The notes under the pieces are model-generated. The model was not told the origin of the DNA, ran no database searches, and saw only the letters and a list, made by a program, of their open reading frames with translations. Position numbers and translations under genes: made by a program. A DNA stretch of 64,000 nt from Polyangiales bacterium. GTDB taxonomy: Bacteria > Myxococcota_A > Polyangia > Polyangiales > Polyangiaceae. Positions 28,073-38,080 of this stretch are shown in pieces; position 1 is the first letter of the stretch, and each line of letters starts with the position of its first letter. The stretch spans positions 96,001 to 160,000 of the forward strand of contig JBBRNJ010000003.1 in assembly GCA_038230375.1 (NCBI GenBank), given 5' to 3'.

Positions 28073-29083
28073 ATGACCTCGAGGCGCCCCTTTCGTCCCC
28101 GGAACGTGCTGTTGCTGGCGGTCGGCGGCGTCATGCTCGTGGCGCTGACCTCGTCCTGTCAGGACCCCACGCAGTTCACGCTCGTCATCAGCACCAATGC
28201 GAAGTGTCACGATGAACTGAAGGCGACCGCCATTTATGTCGGAGGCTCGCTCGGCGCGGTCAACGACAAGGTCCAGACCAGCTCTCCCGTCGCAAATACG
28301 GACAACTGCGTGAGCGGCAATGTCGGCACGCTGGTGGTGACCCCCGGCAACTCGGACGGGGCGGTGGTGGTCATCGGCGGCTTTTACGGCAAGTTGCCCA
28401 CCGCGTGCGTGGAGGGCCACTACGAGAACTGCATCGTCGCGCGTCGAAGCTTCGCGTTCATCAAGCACACTCCGCTGAGCATTCCGATCGAGCTCGAGCG
28501 CGACTGCCTCAATGTGCCGTGCGACGTGAACTCCACATGCCACAACGGCGCGTGCTACGCGGCCGGCGTCACGTGCGCCACGAATGGCGATTGTTCGCAT
28601 CCCGGGGACGGCGACGCCGGCCCGCTCGACGCGGGCCCGAACGCGTTCGTCGATGCTCCAGCGGACAAGGACGCCTCCGAGGGAGGAATGACAGGGAAGG
28701 ACGCCGGCGAGGACGCGGGCGAGGCTGCCGACGCGGCCGACGGGGAGGCAGGGCCCGTTACTCCTGCGGGCGTCGTCTGCAAGGACACCGGCGGGATGTT
28801 GCTCGTGTCGAACTGTGGCGCGAAGGATTGCAGCGGGCTCCAGGCCTGCTGCGGTCCGTCTGCCATGCTCGTGTGCGCCGCTCCGCAGAGCTGCCCAGGC
28901 GCTCAGTCGATCTACTGCTGTGACCACAACCAATGCCCGGTGGGCCAGTGCTGCCTGGGGGGCAACGCCAAAGCGCTCGCTCCGATCCTGGGCGGTGCGG
29001 GGGCCGAAGCAGGCGTCTTCGATGCCAGCGCCTGTTCCCCGGTTGCTCGCATGCCCAACTCGACGCCCGGCACCTGTCAGTGA
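28073..29083 (+). CDS. Cys-rich lipoprotein (myxobacterial type)
   Basis: Lipobox SSC; CIVARR.F.F..H pattern; DAG linker; Cys-rich C-terminus. Confidence 0.65.
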   Translation: MTSRRPFRPRNVLLLAVGGVMLVALTSSCQDPTQFTLVISTNAKCHDELKATAIYVGGSLGAVNDKVQTSSPVANTDNCVSGNVGTLVVTPGNSDGAVVVIGGFYGKLPTACVEGHYENCIVARRSFAFIKHTPLSIPIELERDCLNVPCDVNSTCHNGACYAAGVTCATNGDCSHPGDGDAGPLDAGPNAFVDAPADKDASEGGMTGKDAGEDAGEAADAADGEAGPVTPAGVVCKDTGGMLLVSNCGAKDCSGLQACCGPSAMLVCAAPQSCPGAQSIYCCDHNQCPVGQCCLGGNAKALAPILGGAGAEAGVFDASACSPVARMPNSTPGTCQ

Positions 29084-29093
29084 GGCGCGCGCT

Positions 29094-30140
29094 CTAGAAC
29101 ATGCCGCTGCCGCCCTGCTGGCAGTTCATGCAGGCGGGGTCGCTCGGGTTCGTGTTGCACGAGAGCGGGCAGTACTTCACACGGTTGAAGACGAACGCGT
29201 TGCCTTTGCCGTCGTCGATCTTGTCGCAGAGGACGTCCTCACCGATGACGGTCATCTCGCCGTATCCGCCGCTCTTCACGAACTGGTTCGCGCAGGTGGT
29301 GCTCGAGCCGACCCACGCAGGCAGGTTCGGGAACTTCGTCTCGACGCCCTCCTTCGGGTAGTCGCCTTCGACGCACACCTTCGTGATGGAGCAGTCCGCC
29401 GCGGACGGCATGTCGAAGTTGCCCGCCTTGATCTCGTAACAGAGCTTGAAGTGCCCCGCGCAGTCGACCGTGACCGTGTCCGTGGACCAGTCGGAGCCGG
29501 GCTTGGGGGGAGGCGGCGTGGGGTTCGGGGGGAGCGCCTGACATCCCGCAGTACCACCCATGTCTACGGTGGAGGCGGCGTACTGATCCGTACCGCCGAA
29601 GTTGTAGAAGCACGGGCTCGTGTTGGAGAGCTTCCACTGTCCGGCCGAGAAGCACTGACATGCGGGCTTGCCCTTGGTCGCGCCCATCTGCGGGAGGACC
29701 TCGCCCGTGCACTCGCTCCAGGTGAGGCCGAGCTCGCCGTGCTTCTGACAGGTGGTCACGCCGTCCTTGCAGACGCCAAGGTGGCGGTTCTTGCGGAGGC
29801 CGGTCCAGCAGGGGGCCATCATGTCTTGCATGTCGCACGCACAGCCGGGCTTGTTCTTGTCGCTCGGACAGTCAACCGTTCCGGTGACGGGAGGCGGGGC
29901 AGGGCCGCCGGCGTCCAGCAGGCAGTACATTGGCGGAGGGTCGTTCTTGTAGGGGTCACCGCTGTCGACCGCGGAGCCGCCTTCGCCACCGCCGCCGAAG
30001 CCGCCTTCGAAGAGCGTGGGGTCCGTGCCGCTGTCGGTGCCGTCGCCGAACTTGGAGCCGCCGTCGTCACCGCATGCGATGAGCGCAATGCCGAGGACAG
30101 ACGTGGCAGCGAGAACTCCAAGGATCGAAATCTTGTGCAT
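29094..30140 (-). CDS. Cys-rich lipoprotein
   Basis: Lipobox IAC after MHKISILG; GVCKDG..TC..W..C.GEVLP motif. Confidence 0.7.
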   Translation of the reverse strand: MHKISILGVLAATSVLGIALIACGDDGGSKFGDGTDSGTDPTLFEGGFGGGGEGGSAVDSGDPYKNDPPPMYCLLDAGGPAPPPVTGTVDCPSDKNKPGCACDMQDMMAPCWTGLRKNRHLGVCKDGVTTCQKHGELGLTWSECTGEVLPQMGATKGKPACQCFSAGQWKLSNTSPCFYNFGGTDQYAASTVDMGGTAGCQALPPNPTPPPPKPGSDWSTDTVTVDCAGHFKLCYEIKAGNFDMPSAADCSITKVCVEGDYPKEGVETKFPNLPAWVGSSTTCANQFVKSGGYGEMTVIGEDVLCDKIDDGKGNAFVFNRVKYCPLSCNTNPSDPACMNCQQGGSGMF

Positions 30141-30316
30141 AGTACACCTAATCTCCGGCGACCGATTCAGCTGAACCAGAAACCAAAGTATTGCACGGCG
30201 AAACCCCGCGCGGCATGGATCAGAGATCACCATGGACCCGCCGGGACCACCCCATTTCGGGCGGCGATCTTGCGTGTGTCTCGCTACGGACACGCTCTTC
30301 GTGTAGGTACGGGGCC

Positions 30317-31210
30317 ATGAGCGCCCCGACGACCGAAGGAACCTCGCGTCCCATCACCGCAGAAGATCCCCTGCCGAACGTCAAGCACGTCGTACTCGTG
30401 ATGAGTGGCAAGGGCGGCGTAGGCAAGAGCACGGTCGCGACGAACCTCACGCTCGCCCTCGCGCGGCGCGGCAACAAGGTTGGTCTCCTGGACGCGGACA
30501 TCTACGGTCCCAGCATCCCAACGATGCTCGGCGTCTCGGGTCGCCCCGTGTCGGCGGACGGAAAATCGATCGAGCCCCTCGAGCGCTTCGGCGTGAAGCT
30601 CATGTCCATCGGGTTTCTGCTGGAGGACGGCAAGAGCGCCGTCATCTGGCGCGGGCCCATGCTGCACGGCGCGCTCCAGCAGTTCATGAAGGACGTGAGC
30701 TGGGGTGCGCTCGACTACCTGGTCATGGATCTCCCGCCCGGCACCGGGGACGTGGCGCTCACGCTCTCGCAGCGCGTCGCGATCACGGGCGCGGTCATCG
30801 TCACCACGCCGCAGCAGGTCGCCACGGACGACGTCTTCAAGTCCGTCAGCATGTGCGAGAAGGTCAACATCCCGATCCTCGGCGTGGTCGAGAACATGTC
30901 CTTCTTCGTGGACCCCGCCGGCATCCGTCACGAGCTCTTCGGCAAGGGCGGCGGCCAGGCCATCGCCGAGTTCGCGAAGGCGCCGCTGTTCGGGCAGGTC
31001 CCCATCGACACGACTGTGCGCGAGTGGGGCGACAAGGGAACGCCGGTCGTGCAGGCCGCGCCGGACAGCAGCATCGCCCAGACGTTCCTCGCGATCGCGG
31101 ACAAGCTGAACGAGGTCGTCCTCGCGAAGGCCGGAGCCGGCGATGGCGCTGCGCCGCTCATCGATCGCAGCGGAGGCCAGGGCCGCCGCAAGCTCCCGGT
31201 CGCCCAGTAG
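30317..31210 (+). CDS. mrp: Mrp/NBP35 family Fe-S cluster carrier ATPase
   Basis: SGKGGVGKST, DADIYGPS, WRGPM, DLPPGTGD, VTTPQ and GVVENMS. Confidence 0.93.
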   Translation: MSAPTTEGTSRPITAEDPLPNVKHVVLVMSGKGGVGKSTVATNLTLALARRGNKVGLLDADIYGPSIPTMLGVSGRPVSADGKSIEPLERFGVKLMSIGFLLEDGKSAVIWRGPMLHGALQQFMKDVSWGALDYLVMDLPPGTGDVALTLSQRVAITGAVIVTTPQQVATDDVFKSVSMCEKVNIPILGVVENMSFFVDPAGIRHELFGKGGGQAIAEFAKAPLFGQVPIDTTVREWGDKGTPVVQAAPDSSIAQTFLAIADKLNEVVLAKAGAGDGAAPLIDRSGGQGRRKLPVAQ

Positions 31211-31231
31211 CCGCGCCGCGCGCGTCGCAGC

Positions 31232-31546
31232 CTACGAGACGACGACCGTGAGCTCGATGCCCGCTCGCGCGAGCTGATCCTGCAGCGCGAGCCGCACGAC
31301 CTCTGCCATCGGCAGATCGAGGAGCTCCGCGAACCGAACGGCCCGCTCCAGGCTCACCACCTTGCGGCCCTTCTCGATGTCGCTGAGGTGCGACTTCGAG
31401 ATCCGCATGATCTGCGCCATCACCTCGAGCGTCCGGCACTCCTCGGACCGCTCCATCTGGAGCAACGTGGCGAGCTCCCCGGGCCGCTGGTCGACCTTCC
31501 GGGGCTTCGCAGGGCGCGCGCGACGGGTAGCCTTTGTTCTTGCCAT
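31232..31546 (-). CDS. XRE-family HTH protein
   Basis: TLEVMAQIMRISKSHLSDIEKGRK HTH pattern. Confidence 0.7.
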   Translation of the reverse strand: MARTKATRRARPAKPRKVDQRPGELATLLQMERSEECRTLEVMAQIMRISKSHLSDIEKGRKVVSLERAVRFAELLDLPMAEVVRLALQDQLARAGIELTVVVS

Positions 31547-31673
31547 CCAAGAGAAGTACACCACGCAGGTGAACGCTGCTGCAGAATTTCGGCGTCTTTC
31601 GTCGAATTTGCTCGTAAAAGTTCACCCGCGAGGTGTACTCGTTCTGGTGCTTCTTTGCGGAGGCCGTCGCCGC

Positions 31674-33068
31674 TCAGCTTCGTCTCATGACCAGCATCTT
31701 GGGCTCGGTCATCTCGGCCATGGCGAAGCGCAGGCCTTCGCGGCCGGAGCCGGAGTCCTTCACGCCGCCGTAGGGCATCACGTCCACCCGTACGTTCGTC
31801 GCGTCGTTGACGATGAGCCCGCCCACCTGGAGGCGCGCGTATGCGTCTCGCACCTTCGCGAGCGAGTCCGTGAACACCGCAGCCTGCAACCCATAGCGCG
31901 AGGCGTTGACCGCGGTGATCGCGTCGTCCCATGCAGAATACACGGATATGGTAGCGGCCGGCCCGAACAGCTCTTCGCAGACCACCTTCAGGTCCGTGCG
32001 GCGTGCGTCGGCGAGCCCCACGCGCAAAACCGTGGGCCCCATGAAGCGGTGATCGCGCGCGCCCATGAGCAGCGGCTCTACGGCCTTGCCCGCGAGCGCC
32101 TCGTCCACCCACGCGGCCACGCGCGCCGCGCTCCGGTCGTCGATGAGCGGTCCCACGATGCTGGTCTCGTCGCGCTCGTCCCGGGCAAACGCGAGCGCGC
32201 GCGAGGCCGCGAAGAACGCCTCCGTGAATGCGTCCGCCACCTTCGCGTGCACGAAGATGCGCTGCGTCTTGATGCACACCTGTCCCGCGTAGCCGAACGC
32301 GCTTGCCGCAAGCCGCTTCGCCGCGAACGCGACGTCTGGTGCGTCCTCGCACACGATGGCCGCTGCGTTCCCGCCCAGCTCCAGCAGGGTCTTCTTCTTC
32401 CCGGCGATCGACTTCAGGTGGAAGCCCACCTTGTCACTGCCCGTGAACGAGAGCAGCGCGAACCGGTCGTCCTTCACCCATGCCTCCGCGGCGGACACCT
32501 CGGCCGGGCACACGATCAGCGCGTCGTCTGGTGCGCCCGCTTCCCTCACGAGCTCCGCGAGGAGCAACGCTGTCAGCGGCGTCTGCGGCGCGGGCTTCAA
32601 GACGATGCTCGCGCCGACGGCGAGCGCGGGCGCAACCTTGTGCGCGACCAGGTTGAGCGGGAAGTTGAATGGCGAGATGCCGAGTACGGGACCGACCGGC
32701 ACGCGCATGAACGAGCCTTCGTAGGCCTCGCTTGCGGCGGTGACGTCGAGCGGCATCACCTCGCCGCCGGTGCGCTTGCTCTCCTCTGCAGCCGCGGTGA
32801 ACGTCTGGATGCCGCGGTCCACCTCGCCACGAGCCAGCAGGAGCGGCTTGCCCGCCTCGCGCGAGAGCAGCGTGGCGACCTTCGCATGGTCGCGTGCGAG
32901 CAGCGCCGCCGTCTTCCGCAGGATCTCCGACCGCTGATACGTGGATAATACACGCATATTCGCGAACGCCGCCACGGACCGCGCCGCGATGGCGTCTGCC
33001 TCTGCGAGGCCTACCTCGCGCGCCTCGCCAACCACCTCACCCGTGAACGGTGAACGAATGCTTGCCAT
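31674..33068 (-). CDS. Aldehyde dehydrogenase family protein
   Basis: ISPFNFPLNL, KPA..TP, FTGS, LELGGN, GQVC, EELFGP and PYGGVKDSG.GREG. Confidence 0.95.
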   Translation of the reverse strand: MASIRSPFTGEVVGEAREVGLAEADAIAARSVAAFANMRVLSTYQRSEILRKTAALLARDHAKVATLLSREAGKPLLLARGEVDRGIQTFTAAAEESKRTGGEVMPLDVTAASEAYEGSFMRVPVGPVLGISPFNFPLNLVAHKVAPALAVGASIVLKPAPQTPLTALLLAELVREAGAPDDALIVCPAEVSAAEAWVKDDRFALLSFTGSDKVGFHLKSIAGKKKTLLELGGNAAAIVCEDAPDVAFAAKRLAASAFGYAGQVCIKTQRIFVHAKVADAFTEAFFAASRALAFARDERDETSIVGPLIDDRSAARVAAWVDEALAGKAVEPLLMGARDHRFMGPTVLRVGLADARRTDLKVVCEELFGPAATISVYSAWDDAITAVNASRYGLQAAVFTDSLAKVRDAYARLQVGGLIVNDATNVRVDVMPYGGVKDSGSGREGLRFAMAEMTEPKMLVMRRS

Positions 33069-33093
33069 GCTTGGCTCCTGGATACGCGTCGCG

Positions 33094-33549
33094 CTACTTG
33101 CAGTACGAGTCGCAGATCTCTGCGAGGCAGCCGTCAAGCGCGGCAGCCTTCGGGCGGCAGGCGTCCTTGCCAGCGTAGCAAGCGTCGGCGCAGGCGCAGT
33201 CGCCCAGCTTGCAGCTGGTCTCGCAGCTGTGGGCGTTGACGCATCCCGGCTCGTTGGCGATGCCCTGTTCCTGTGCGGCGCAAGCCCCCTCGTAGTCCTT
33301 GTCGGAGCAAGGGCAGCGTCCGGAGGTGGAGAGACCGGTGCACCGCGAGCACGCGGCGCTGTTGCTCTGCGTCCAGCCGGTGCGGATGACGCAAGCCTTG
33401 TTGACGTCGTTCACGCCATCGGTGCCGATGATGCCACCGCTGCTGGGACCGCCAGAGCTGCTGGAGCTACAGCCACCCACGGTGATCGCGACGGCAAGCG
33501 GCGTGAGAGCGACGAGAAGCGAAAAACAGGAGAGCAAGCGTTGCTGCAT
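33094..33549 (-). CDS. Small Cys-rich lipoprotein
   Basis: Signal peptide ending GGC, Ser/Gly linker, many Cys. Confidence 0.65.
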   Translation of the reverse strand: MQQRLLSCFSLLVALTPLAVAITVGGCSSSSSGGPSSGGIIGTDGVNDVNKACVIRTGWTQSNSAACSRCTGLSTSGRCPCSDKDYEGACAAQEQGIANEPGCVNAHSCETSCKLGDCACADACYAGKDACRPKAAALDGCLAEICDSYCK

Positions 33550-33888
33550 GTACGGATTCTCTATAGTGAAAGAGTAAGCTCGTCGCGAGCTCGCGTCGAC
33601 CCTGAGCTCCACGATGCGCCGCAACCAATGCTCGACTGCGCCCGCGCCGCCCTCATTTGCGACCGGGTAAGGGGACGTGTGTGCGCAATCGCCAAATTGC
33701 CAACCTACACCAGGACGCCTGAACACGCCCCGCGGCGACGCGTCGCACGACTTCGTCATGCGAAGTGAAATCGAGGCCCAGCGAGTGTCAAGTTCGTCGA
33801 AATTGCTGGTCCAGAGACTCCAGTCGGATCACGCGCCATCGGCGCGAGCACTATCTTGCTGCCCGCGCCGCAGACGAGGTGAGGTTGA

Positions 33889-35055
33889 TTACGGTGCGCC
33901 CCACCAAATTATCGTGCCCTCGCTCTGATTCCAGTACCCAGCTAGGTCACTAGGGCCAACGCCGGTCCAAGCCTCGAAGTACGTCGTATATATTGTTGCC
34001 GCGGAGTTGTTGCTGCTGTTCCGAGGTCTGCATCCCATCCAGGCGAATCCGTCCACCGCGCCGCGAAACGCGTTCGAACCTAGTCCAACGCTGCCATCGC
34101 ACGGAGCGCCTGCAGGCAACCCGTACTGGGTCGAACTCAACGTCGAACCGTCGTAGTGAACATCGATTACATCGCCGGTCTCATCGTAGTAGAAAAAGTC
34201 GAAAGCGCCTTGAAACGCCGGGGCGTAGTATCGATGCGTCCCAATGGTGGACATGTAGTTGTAGGAAGGCAGCGTCCAGAGTTCCTGCGACCAACTAGAT
34301 CCGCCATCGACCGAGAACATGTGAACCATACTCTTAGTCAAGATACCGTTCCCATTCGCAAACGCAATATCCGTTCTCCCATTAGCGATCTGCGGCGAGG
34401 CAAGAATCGTGGGAACTCCCGACCATTGACCAGTTACATTTCCAAACCCATCAGGGAGAGTTGTCACCATCTGCCAGTCGCCCCAAAGGGCGCCGTTGAA
34501 GACGCGCCGGTATAGGACGTCCGGGCCGGTGCGCTGACAGAGCGAAGCGTTGCCGCAATAGAATGGGACGTAGATTTCCAAATGCTTGCTAGAATCGAGA
34601 TTCGTGTAGGACACCAATCCTGGTTTTCCGTATGCAAGGTATCCGCTTGGTACGCCGAGCGTAAAGTGACCCCAGCTGCCCGCCAAATTTCCAGAATAAA
34701 CGACCTCCACTGCATGCGAGCTACTCACGTAGGCAATATGAACAACTTGGTTTCCGTCATAGGTTGCGGCCGTCGGTGCAGTCACGTTGTGCTGGACGTT
34801 GGAGATGCCCAAGCTCTGTGTCGCGCCAACCTTATACCAGTTGGTCGCACCATCGGTTGTGTACCAAAGGTCGAGCGCCGTGCTCCCGGCACTGTTCATT
34901 AGTTTGAATCTTGAGACGTAACCCGTGGTGAAAGCTGACTCGACGGATCCCGTGTGCTCATCGGAGTTCGGTACTGTGCATGCCGATAGTAAGACTAGCG
35001 CGAGAAAGCATATTATGCTTTCGCGGCAAGTGCGTATGGCCAAGTTCGAGTTCAT
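33889..35055 (-). CDS. Hypothetical lipoprotein, probable beta-propeller (Asp-box motifs); atypical low GC
   Basis: Lipobox LSAC; TTDGATNW and SVDGGSSW Asp-box-like motifs; many A/T-ending codons. Confidence 0.7.
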   Translation of the reverse strand: MNSNLAIRTCRESIICFLALVLLSACTVPNSDEHTGSVESAFTTGYVSRFKLMNSAGSTALDLWYTTDGATNWYKVGATQSLGISNVQHNVTAPTAATYDGNQVVHIAYVSSSHAVEVVYSGNLAGSWGHFTLGVPSGYLAYGKPGLVSYTNLDSSKHLEIYVPFYCGNASLCQRTGPDVLYRRVFNGALWGDWQMVTTLPDGFGNVTGQWSGVPTILASPQIANGRTDIAFANGNGILTKSMVHMFSVDGGSSWSQELWTLPSYNYMSTIGTHRYYAPAFQGAFDFFYYDETGDVIDVHYDGSTLSSTQYGLPAGAPCDGSVGLGSNAFRGAVDGFAWMGCRPRNSSNNSAATIYTTYFEAWTGVGPSDLAGYWNQSEGTIIWWGAP

Positions 35056-35185
35056 GATTCACTCCGTTCCGTTCCTGTTGGATTAGGCCCAGCTAGGCTA
35101 GTGAACTAGCTGGACGTGGCGGCGCGGAGTATGGCACGGCCCGCCCGAACACGTCGCGACACTTGCGGGGTCACTGCATTCCTGA

Positions 35186-35204
35186 GTAGCCCAATTTGGG
35201 CTAC
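35186..35204. promoter_or_regulatory. Perfect palindrome, putative operator
   Basis: GTAGCCCAA-T-TTGGGCTAC about 130 bp upstream of the low-GC gene. A related TTTGGGC/GCCCAAA pair sits at about 35228-35246. Confidence 0.4.
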
Positions 35205-35898
35205 GTCCGAAGCTGGCCCCCCCCCGTTTTGGGCCATTCGCCCAAAGAAGTCCGGCCACTCGGAGCATTCTTGTTCCTGGCGTCGCCATTCCGGAGGCCG
35301 GTCATCGCTCCGCGACCGCGGTACGAACGACGCCGCCCCTGCGGCTCATGGCAGGCGAAGCGTGGATTGGCCTCAAACACATCTTTGAAACACATTGAAC
35401 GTGATTCCGCGGCGCAAGCGGCGTGTAGTGCAGCGCCCACCGGCCAGGCGGCCCGTGATGACTTTCTCTCGCACAGACCCAGGTGGGTGCGGCGGCGCGG
35501 CACCGGGGAGATGGGTCACCTTAGAACGCGCGTCGCGGTGAGCACGTCAACTCCTCAAGCGTCGGTTCTGGCTGTTCGGCCACAAGAGGTAGAGCTCCGC
35601 GGCTTCCATGTGGCGCTGTTAGCTTCGGCGGCTTAGCTTGGTGATCCGTTTGACGGACCGTCGAGCGTCGAAGACAGGCCGATCGTCATCTTACAGAACA
35701 GCCGTATCCACGGCGTTGCGTCGATCAGGGTCATCATCGCTTCGGATTCGGTGCGGTCGCATGTCCGGTCTCCGGGCCGCGTGTCCAGGCGAAGTTGAGA
35801 AAGAAAAAACGGTGAGCCGCATCGCGCGACCCACCGTTGATTCTAGGTGACGTTCATCACCTACGCGAGGCCGAGCGCCTCGCTATCGACTGGCCAGA

Positions 35899-37158
35899 TC
35901 AGCCGCCGACCTTGGCGGTGACGGTTGCGCTCGCCGAGATGGTGCCCGTGACATCCTTCGCGGCCTGCACACCCGCGGCAGCAACCGCCGGGATACACGC
36001 GAGCTTGATGTCCGTGAGGGCGGAGGCGTTGCCGCTGACGGCGCCGACTGCGTCGCCGAGGAGCTCGAACTTGGTCTTGATCTCGAAGATCTTGGGCAGG
36101 TTCGCCTCGAGGGTGGCCTGGAGCTGCGCGAGACCGTCGAGGCTCGCATTGCCCGTGAAGGAGATCTTGATCGCCGGCGGGGTGCAGGAAGCCTTCGCAG
36201 AGACGGAGGCGTTGCAGCTTGCCTGGCACTTCGCGTCGACCATGCAGCCACCGGAGAGCTTGCCACCGGTGCAGGAGAGCGGCTTGTAGTCCGCGTCGCA
36301 CGTGCCGGAGCACTTGACGGAGGCCGTCGCCGAGCCCTTGCAGCTCGCGTCGCACTTGCCTTCGCAGGAACCCGAGCAGTCGATCGACGGCGCAGTGGCG
36401 GACGCATGACACGTTCCCGAGCAGCTGCCTTGGCATGTGCCGTCCGCATGCGCACCCATGCCGTCACCGACGCCGGCCATCGCAGCACACGTCCCGTCGC
36501 ACTTGCCTTGGCACTTGACGGAGACGCCGCCCATGGCCGTACAGGAACCGCTGCACTTACCCGTGCAGCCGCCCGTGCAGTCGAGGGTCGCGCCGGCCAT
36601 CGCCGTGCAGCTGCCCTTGCAGTCGATCTCGAGCGTGCCGCCCTCGCACTTGGGCGGCGTGGCCTTGATGTCGCACTTTGCGTTCACGTCGCAGCTGCCC
36701 TGGCAGTCAGCGGTGGCCGTGAGGGAGGCCGAGCACTGCGCCGGGGTGATATCGATGACGAGCTTGGCGCTGGCCGAGGCCGCGAGCGTCGCGTCGATCT
36801 GTGCGGCCGCGAGCGCGCACCAGGCCTTCATGCGGTCGTTGCTGTCGGTCTTGGAGTCCGCGTCCGTCGCCTTCGTCGCGTCCGCACCGAGGTCCGTCGC
36901 GATGCCCTGACAGGCTGCGGTCACGTCTGCCACGGCCGCCGCGGCGACGCCGCCGATGTCAGCGATCGCCTGGACGGCGATCTGGCTCTGCGCGGAGCCG
37001 CCGATCTTCACGTCCACGGTGCCGCCGACGGCGAACTCCGTGCAGCAAAGCGCGCTGCCAGCGCCGCCGAGCGGGCTGCTGCTTGAGCACGCGAAGAGCG
37101 GGATGGCCGCAACCACGACGAGTGCGAGGGGAATCGAGAAGCGATTGGTATTGATCAT
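35899..37158 (-). CDS. Cys-rich lipoprotein with CxGxCxGxC repeats
   Basis: Lipobox FAC; repeated C.G.C.G.C units; AAGGAGAG RBS. Confidence 0.8.
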   Translation of the reverse strand: MINTNRFSIPLALVVVAAIPLFACSSSSPLGGAGSALCCTEFAVGGTVDVKIGGSAQSQIAVQAIADIGGVAAAAVADVTAACQGIATDLGADATKATDADSKTDSNDRMKAWCALAAAQIDATLAASASAKLVIDITPAQCSASLTATADCQGSCDVNAKCDIKATPPKCEGGTLEIDCKGSCTAMAGATLDCTGGCTGKCSGSCTAMGGVSVKCQGKCDGTCAAMAGVGDGMGAHADGTCQGSCSGTCHASATAPSIDCSGSCEGKCDASCKGSATASVKCSGTCDADYKPLSCTGGKLSGGCMVDAKCQASCNASVSAKASCTPPAIKISFTGNASLDGLAQLQATLEANLPKIFEIKTKFELLGDAVGAVSGNASALTDIKLACIPAVAAAGVQAAKDVTGTISASATVTAKVGG

Positions 37159-37438
37159 GCGAAGCTCTCCTTGTGTCCTGAATGGGGCGCAGGCCCCAGC
37201 CTCCGATAGACGGTGGTCCTCGTCAGAGAGTCATCAAGACCCTCCTTTTTACGAAATCCGCCGCCTTCGATCTCTGCCTAACGAGCGATCTCGAAGGCCT
37301 TCCGCAGGCTACACCAACCAGGGGAGATTCCAACCTTCGAACGTCTATTCGAGAGGGGGTAGGATCGCGATGTCACAGCGAAGCAATCTACGCCGTGAGC
37401 TTTCCCGTGGAGAGTCGCGCGTGCAAGGTCAGCATGCC

Positions 37439-38080
37439 TCAGTGGAAGGCGTCGTCGCGACCCTCGAGCCGGTGCTCCGCTCCTCTGTAGAGGGACGCGA
37501 ACGTCGCGAAGATCTCGTCCAGCGGTAGGTCCGTGTAGAGGCCGCGATCACGGAGGTACTCCATGGTGCGCTGCCCCTTGCCGTCGAACGCTTGCAGCAT
37601 CGCGTCATGAACGCCGTCGAGCTCCAGCGGTGCAACGCCGAAGCGCGCACAGAGGGACGCGTTGAACGCGGGCGCTGCCTTCACGGGCTTGCCATCGATC
37701 CACAGCTCCGCATACCCGTGCCACGCGAAGACGTCGGAGCCGAGCACTCGCAAGAGCTTCTCGCTCGACAGATGGTTCTTCACGTCCGCGAAGCCCAGCC
37801 GGCATGGGATACCGCTCGCGCGCGCGACTGCGCACAGTACGACCGCCTTCGGGATGCAGTATGCGGAGGTCCGCGTGAGGATGTTGCTCGCCCTGTAGTC
37901 GTCGGGCTCGAGCGTGAGCGTGTACGGATCGTAGCGAAGCGCCTCACGCACCGCGACAAAGAGCCTCGCTGCTCGCTCGTTCTCCGTTGTGGCGCCAAGG
38001 GTCGCCTTCTTCGCGAACGCGATCACGTCGGGATGATCGGAGTCGATGAAGCGCGTGGGCGCGAGGAAGAGGGGATCCAT
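37439..38080 (-). CDS. Transglutaminase-like family protein
   Basis: IDSDHP, RYDPY, YCIPKA, GIPCRLGFADVKNHL and WHGYAELW...WVK-like KAAPAFN..LC. Confidence 0.88.
   Translation of the reverse strand: MDPLFLAPTRFIDSDHPDVIAFAKKATLGATTENERAARLFVAVREALRYDPYTLTLEPDDYRASNILTRTSAYCIPKAVVLCAVARASGIPCRLGFADVKNHLSSEKLLRVLGSDVFAWHGYAELWIDGKPVKAAPAFNASLCARFGVAPLELDGVHDAMLQAFDGKGQRTMEYLRDRGLYTDLPLDEIFATFASLYRGAEHRLEGRDDAFH

Noticed and set aside
35132..35146. Sigma54 promoter (TGGCACG)
   Set aside because: No TTGC at -12, and it faces away from the nearest gene.
35196..35850. Short ORFs in the islet's upstream region
   Set aside because: No motifs, atypical codon use and no RBS.
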